A stretch of DNA of 63,184 nt from Phycisphaerales bacterium (GTDB lineage Bacteria; Planctomycetota; Phycisphaerae; Phycisphaerales; SM1A02), in contig JASMMN010000024.1 of the NCBI GenBank assembly GCA_030748155.1, forward strand, positions 1 through 63,184, written 5' to 3'. The translations under genes and the position numbers were made by a program. Below are positions 59,019 through 63,184 of this stretch, piece by piece. Position 1 is the first letter of the stretch. Every line of letters begins with the position of its first letter. Under the pieces are notes generated by a model, which saw nothing but the letters and a program-made list of their open reading frames with translations, made no database searches and was not told where the DNA came from.

Positions 59019-59897
59019 GTGTACCTTCCCGACATTCAACTCCACGAAGCCGACACGCTTGAGGCGGCGGCGGCGCTGATGGAGCAACTCGGTCCTCGAG
59101 CCGAGTATGTCGCGGGCGGCACGGATCTGCTGGTCGATCTCAAGACGGCTCGAACCGAAGCCGATCACCTGATCTCCATTACCAACATCGATCAGGCACG
59201 ACAACTGACTGCGGATTCGGAAGGTCTGACCATCGGCTCACTCGTGCCAGTGGGACGACTGAACGAAACACCCCTCAGCGGCACTTGGGCGGCGATACAT
59301 GATGCCACACAGGTCATGGCCGCCCCCGCGATTCGCAACATGGCAACCGTTGGCGGGAATCTCGCCAGCGCGGTGCCCTGCGCCGACCTGCCGCCCATTC
59401 TCATGGTGCTGGGCGGAGGCGTAGACCTCTGGTCGCGCACTGGTGTTCGGCGGATCCCCGTATGCGAGTTCTTCACGGGGCCTCGAACGACCGTCCGTCG
59501 CCACGACGAGATTCTGCTCAGCATCCATGTGCCGCCACCAGCGAATCGCTCGGGCGCAAGCTATGAGCGGTTTGCACTTCGGGAAGGCAACTCCATCGCC
59601 GTTGCTTCTGTGGCAGCCCGCATTCGACTCGACGACGCGGGCATGATGCAGGAGGCCGCCCTCGCCATCGGCGCCGTCGCCCCGACACCCCTGCTGCTTG
59701 AGAACATCCCAGCCATACTCGCCGGACGAGCGCCAAACGAAACTGCCTGGGCCGACGCCGCTGACGCTGCCGTGGCGGCGGCCGACCCGATCAGCGACAT
59801 CCGCGGCTCTGCGGAATTCAGACGCGAACTCACCGGCGTCTTGACGGCCCGAGCCCTCCGCCTTGCAACCGAACGAATCGGTGGTGACTCAACATGA
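59019..59897 (+). CDS. FAD-binding subunit of the XDH-family molybdoenzyme (mirror copy)
   Basis: Exact mirror of 3288..4166. Confidence 0.85.
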   Translation: MYLPDIQLHEADTLEAAAALMEQLGPRAEYVAGGTDLLVDLKTARTEADHLISITNIDQARQLTADSEGLTIGSLVPVGRLNETPLSGTWAAIHDATQVMAAPAIRNMATVGGNLASAVPCADLPPILMVLGGGVDLWSRTGVRRIPVCEFFTGPRTTVRRHDEILLSIHVPPPANRSGASYERFALREGNSIAVASVAARIRLDDAGMMQEAALAIGAVAPTPLLLENIPAILAGRAPNETAWADAADAAVAAADPISDIRGSAEFRRELTGVLTARALRLATERIGGDST

Positions 59898-62779
59898 CCA
59901 CCGCTCGTGCTTTCAACATCAACGGCCAGAACCACATCGCCGTAGTCGAAGCTCACGACACGCTGCTCGATGTGCTCCGCGACAAGATTCATCTCACCGG
60001 AACCAAACGTGGCTGCGATGTGGGCGACTGCGGGGCCTGCACGGTGCTGCTCGACGGCCAGCCGGTCAACGCCTGTCTGACACTCGCTGGCACCGTCGGT
60101 GAACGCAGGATCACCACCATCGAGGGACTCGCGGAAGACGGAGTGTTGACGCCGCTGCAACGATCATTCGTGGAGGAGGGCGGCATTCAGTGCGGCTTCT
60201 GCACCCCGGGAATGGCACTCGCGGCGACCGCGCTGATCGAGCGGAACGCCGACCCCAGCGACGATGACATCAAGGAATCGCTCTCTGGCAACATGTGCAG
60301 GTGTACCGGTTACTCCGGCATCCTGCGATCGGTCAAGCGGTGCGGCAATTACCGCTCCGACGGCACCTGCGCCAAGCATGACCATCACGACGGCGATGCC
60401 CCGGAGAAGTCCCCGGACAACGACACCGTCGGCGTGTCGATCCCCCGCGTCGATGCGGCCGACAAAGTCACCGGTCGCGCTCAGTACACCGCCGACATCT
60501 TCCTGCCGAACATGGCCTACGGAAAACTTCTTGGCTCGCCGCTCGCCCACGGTCTGATCAAGAGGATCGACACATCCAAAGCGGAAGCACTTCCGGGAGT
60601 GCTCGCAGTGCTGACCGGCAAGGATGTCACCGACACCAAGCATGGCGTGTCGCCCGCCCGCTACGACGAAGACGTTCTCGCCAAGGAGAAGGTGCGGCAC
60701 GTGGGTGATCCGGTCGCGGCGGTTGCCGCCATCGACGAGCGAACCGCCGAACGTGCGGTATCGCTCATCGAAGTCGAGTACGAAGAATTGCCCGCCGTCC
60801 TCGATCCGATGTCGGCAATTGCAGATGGCGCGCCGCTGGTCAATGATCGCTTCGAGCGAAACATCAATACGCACGTCGAGCAGGTCTTCGGTGACATCGA
60901 GGCCGGCTTTGCCGAGTCCCATCTGATTCGCGAGGAAGTGTTCACCGGCAATCACATCTACCAGTGTCCGATGGAGCCACACGCCTCGATCTCCACCTGG
61001 GACCCTGACGGAACTCTGGTTCTTTACACCTCGACACAGGTCCCCCACTACGTGCAGTACATGATGGCGCACGTGCTGAATATTCCGCTCGGGCGCATCC
61101 GCGTGATCCGACCCACCGTCGGCGGCGGCTTCGGCGGCAAGGCCGCGACCTCGCCACTGGAAATCAACTCGGCCCTGCTCTCGCAGAAGATCGGCCGGCC
61201 CGTAAAGATGGTCTACACCCGCGAAGAGATGTTCCAATACGGCCGCGGACGCCACAAACAGCACATGCGGTTCAAACTCGGCGTCGACCGCGACGGCAAA
61301 ATCAAGGCCTTCAAGAGCGAGATTCACCTCGACGGCGGCGCCTATTCGAGTTTCGGCGTCGCAACGGCTTACTACGCCGGGAGCATGATCCCAACGCTCT
61401 ATCACCTGCCCGCCTACCAATACGATGGGTACCGGGTGATGACCAATAAGCCCGCCTGCGGCGCAATGCGTGGACACGGCGTTCCGCAGCCACGATTCGC
61501 CTTCGAATGCCTGCTCGGCATGGTCGCCGACGAACTCGGCATCGATCCCGTTGAGATTCGCGAGCGCAACGCGATGGATCCGGAAACGATCACCGTCAAC
61601 GACTTGGATATCGGCAGTTGCGAATACCGCGCGACGCTTCGGGAAGTCAAGGAACGCTCCGGTTGGGCCGAGAAATACGGCAAACTCCCACCCGGCAAAG
61701 GCATCGGCATCGGATGCGGCGGCTTCGTCTCGGGCGCTGGCTATTGCATCTACCGAGGGCAAGTGCAACTCTCGCACGAGAAGGGACGCGAACCCTTCCA
61801 GAAGAAATCGATCTTTCCACATGCCAACGCCGTCGTGAAGATCACCGAAGACGGCACGGCTGCAGTACTGATGATCGGCGCGGCCGAAATCGGCCAGGGC
61901 AGCGACACCGTGCTTGTGCAGATGTGCGCCGAGTCGCTGGGCATTCCCGCCTCTCGTATTCGGATGCGAAGCGGCGACAGCGACATCTCGCCGATTGATC
62001 TTGGCGCCTATTCCTCACGAATCACGCTCATGGGCGGCCACGCCGTCTCGAGGGCCGGCACTGCTGTCGTTGATGCCATGCGGCCGTATGCAGCGGACCT
62101 GCTCGACTGCAACGAGGACGATATCGAAGCAAGGGACGCCAAGATGTTCGTGCGTGACCACCCATCGCGGTGTGTCGCCTGGGAAGAAGTTGCGAGGAAG
62201 TACTTCAACGAAAACGGCCCGCTCGTCGGAACAGGTTCCTACAAGCCGCCGGACGGGCTCGGCGGCGACTACAAGGGCGCGACGGTCGGGACCAGCCCCG
62301 CGTATTCCTTCGGCAGCGCGGTCTGCGAAGTGACCGTCGATCTTGAGACCGGCAAGGTCAAGATCGACACGTTCACCGATTACCACGACTGCGGGCGTGC
62401 CATCAATCCAAAGACCGTCCATGGGCAGGTCGAAGGCGCCGTCATCATGGGCGCAAGCGAAACGATCATGGAAGATGTGATGTTCGACGAACAGGGCAAA
62501 CTGCTCAACCCGAACCTGCACGGCTATCTGATGATGACCATCAAGGACGCCCCGGACATCTTCAGCGGCATCGTCGATTCCTACGAACCCCGCGGCCCCT
62601 TCGGCGCCAAGGAAATCGGAGAAGGCTCGACCCTGCCGGTCCTCGGCGCCGTCGCCCACGCCATCGCCAACGCGACCGGCGTGTGGATCACGGATCTCCC
62701 GATCACGCCAGAGAAGATCCGGCGGGCGATGCGTGCGAAGGCGGCCACGGCCGAGGATGTTCCGGCGATGGCGACGTAG
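59894..62779 (+). CDS. Fused [2Fe-2S]/molybdopterin subunit of the XDH-family molybdoenzyme (mirror copy)
   Basis: Exact mirror of 406..3291. Confidence 0.9.
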   Translation: MTTARAFNINGQNHIAVVEAHDTLLDVLRDKIHLTGTKRGCDVGDCGACTVLLDGQPVNACLTLAGTVGERRITTIEGLAEDGVLTPLQRSFVEEGGIQCGFCTPGMALAATALIERNADPSDDDIKESLSGNMCRCTGYSGILRSVKRCGNYRSDGTCAKHDHHDGDAPEKSPDNDTVGVSIPRVDAADKVTGRAQYTADIFLPNMAYGKLLGSPLAHGLIKRIDTSKAEALPGVLAVLTGKDVTDTKHGVSPARYDEDVLAKEKVRHVGDPVAAVAAIDERTAERAVSLIEVEYEELPAVLDPMSAIADGAPLVNDRFERNINTHVEQVFGDIEAGFAESHLIREEVFTGNHIYQCPMEPHASISTWDPDGTLVLYTSTQVPHYVQYMMAHVLNIPLGRIRVIRPTVGGGFGGKAATSPLEINSALLSQKIGRPVKMVYTREEMFQYGRGRHKQHMRFKLGVDRDGKIKAFKSEIHLDGGAYSSFGVATAYYAGSMIPTLYHLPAYQYDGYRVMTNKPACGAMRGHGVPQPRFAFECLLGMVADELGIDPVEIRERNAMDPETITVNDLDIGSCEYRATLREVKERSGWAEKYGKLPPGKGIGIGCGGFVSGAGYCIYRGQVQLSHEKGREPFQKKSIFPHANAVVKITEDGTAAVLMIGAAEIGQGSDTVLVQMCAESLGIPASRIRMRSGDSDISPIDLGAYSSRITLMGGHAVSRAGTAVVDAMRPYAADLLDCNEDDIEARDAKMFVRDHPSRCVAWEEVARKYFNENGPLVGTGSYKPPDGLGGDYKGATVGTSPAYSFGSAVCEVTVDLETGKVKIDTFTDYHDCGRAINPKTVHGQVEGAVIMGASETIMEDVMFDEQGKLLNPNLHGYLMMTIKDAPDIFSGIVDSYEPRGPFGAKEIGEGSTLPVLGAVAHAIANATGVWITDLPITPEKIRRAMRAKAATAEDVPAMAT

Positions 62780-62826
62780 CGGGGTCCCTCTGCCGCTTCG
62801 CCGACCCCCTCCGCCGCTGCGCGGCA

Positions 62827-62887
62827 CCTCCCCCACTGCGTGGGGGAGGAGAAATATGACGGTCCGCTCCCCCGCGTGCGGGGGAGC
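62827..62887. terminator. Two tandem GC-rich stem-loops (mirror copy)
   Basis: Exact mirror of 298..358. Confidence 0.45.
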
Positions 62888-62917
62888 TCCCGGCGAAGGG
62901 GGGGCGAGCGGGTGCGC

Positions 62918-63184
62918 TCAATCCGCCGAAATGACATCCGGGCCGCCGCCGGCCTTCTTCTCGTAATTACCATCACCCGCTCGCTCGTACTTGGTAAAGC
63001 CGAGGCGATCAAGATTCTTGTTGCTCAACGATGACTTGGTCTTCATGTCGGACCACTTGCCAGCGATGTTGGGCAGGCAGGGGATCCGCACAACCGGCTC
63101 GCCGGTCTCGGGGTGCTTTTTCAGCGGCGGCTCGCTCATCGGCTGCACGACCTCGAAGATCTCGCCTTCGGTGTCGTTGTCGGT
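62918..63184 (-). CDS. FmdB-like small protein, truncated by window edge (mirror copy)
   Basis: Exact mirror of 1..267. Confidence 0.4.
   Translation of the reverse strand, partial: TDNDTEGEIFEVVQPMSEPPLKKHPETGEPVVRIPCLPNIAGKWSDMKTKSSLSNKNLDRLGFTKYERAGDGNYEKKAGGGPDVISAD

Larger units (their letters stand above)
31593..63184. repeat. Right arm of the perfect inverted repeat (reverse complement of 1..31592)
   Basis: Same evidence as the left arm. All features below mirror left-arm features by x -> 63185-x. Confidence 0.97.

Noticed and set aside
31593-63184. A second, paralogous copy of the whole catabolic locus (28 additional genes)
   Set aside because: It is the base-for-base reverse complement of 1..31592 with zero divergence. 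It therefore carries no independent information and most likely does not exist as a separate locus.
1-63184. CRISPR arrays, tRNA/rRNA genes, prophage or defence-system genes
   Set aside because: The intergenic regions are short (at most about 390 nt). They show no spaced direct repeats, tRNA-like T-arm motifs or rRNA-like sequence. All sizeable ORFs have metabolic or regulatory family signatures.

Overview
GC-rich bacterial DNA. The whole 63,184-nt window is one perfect, zero-spacer palindrome: nt 31593-63184 are the exact reverse complement of nt 1-31592 (axis GGCGATCGTCAA|TTGACGATCGCC). Only 31.6 kb is unique, and every gene appears twice in mirror order. The simplest explanation is a fold-back chimera from amplification or long-read sequencing. 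A hairpin-ended linear replicon or a very recent inverted duplication cannot be excluded from sequence alone. The unique arm encodes about 28 genes. (1) A 5'-truncated FmdB-like ORF. (2) An XDH-family molybdoenzyme (FAD subunit plus fused FeS/Mo subunit) with a divergent TetR regulator. (3) A translationally coupled 14-gene operon (5068-22465) that looks like a complete anaerobic aromatic/alicyclic acyl-CoA degradation module. It holds a MenB/Oah-clade hydrolase, SDR, enoyl-CoA hydratase, Zn-ADH, an orphan HgdA/BcrC-family protein with its own ATPase, a PanE-like/DUF2889-like/acyl-CoA-synthetase tri-domain fusion, thiolase, HACD-ECH fusion, a four-subunit class-I benzoyl-CoA-reductase-like enzyme and a 90-aa 4-Cys protein. 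(4) A convergent glutaryl-CoA dehydrogenase. (5) XdhC plus MocA-like molybdenum-cofactor maturation genes. (6) A sugar-transferase/aminotransferase-remnant chimera, a THUMP RNA methyltransferase with a degenerate catalytic motif, a STAS protein, an ECF sigma factor, a small membrane protein, and saccharopine-dehydrogenase-like and Gfo/Idh/MocA oxidoreductases. I saw no rRNA, tRNA, CRISPR array, transposase or integrase. All functional calls come from motifs read by eye in the supplied translations; no database search was run.
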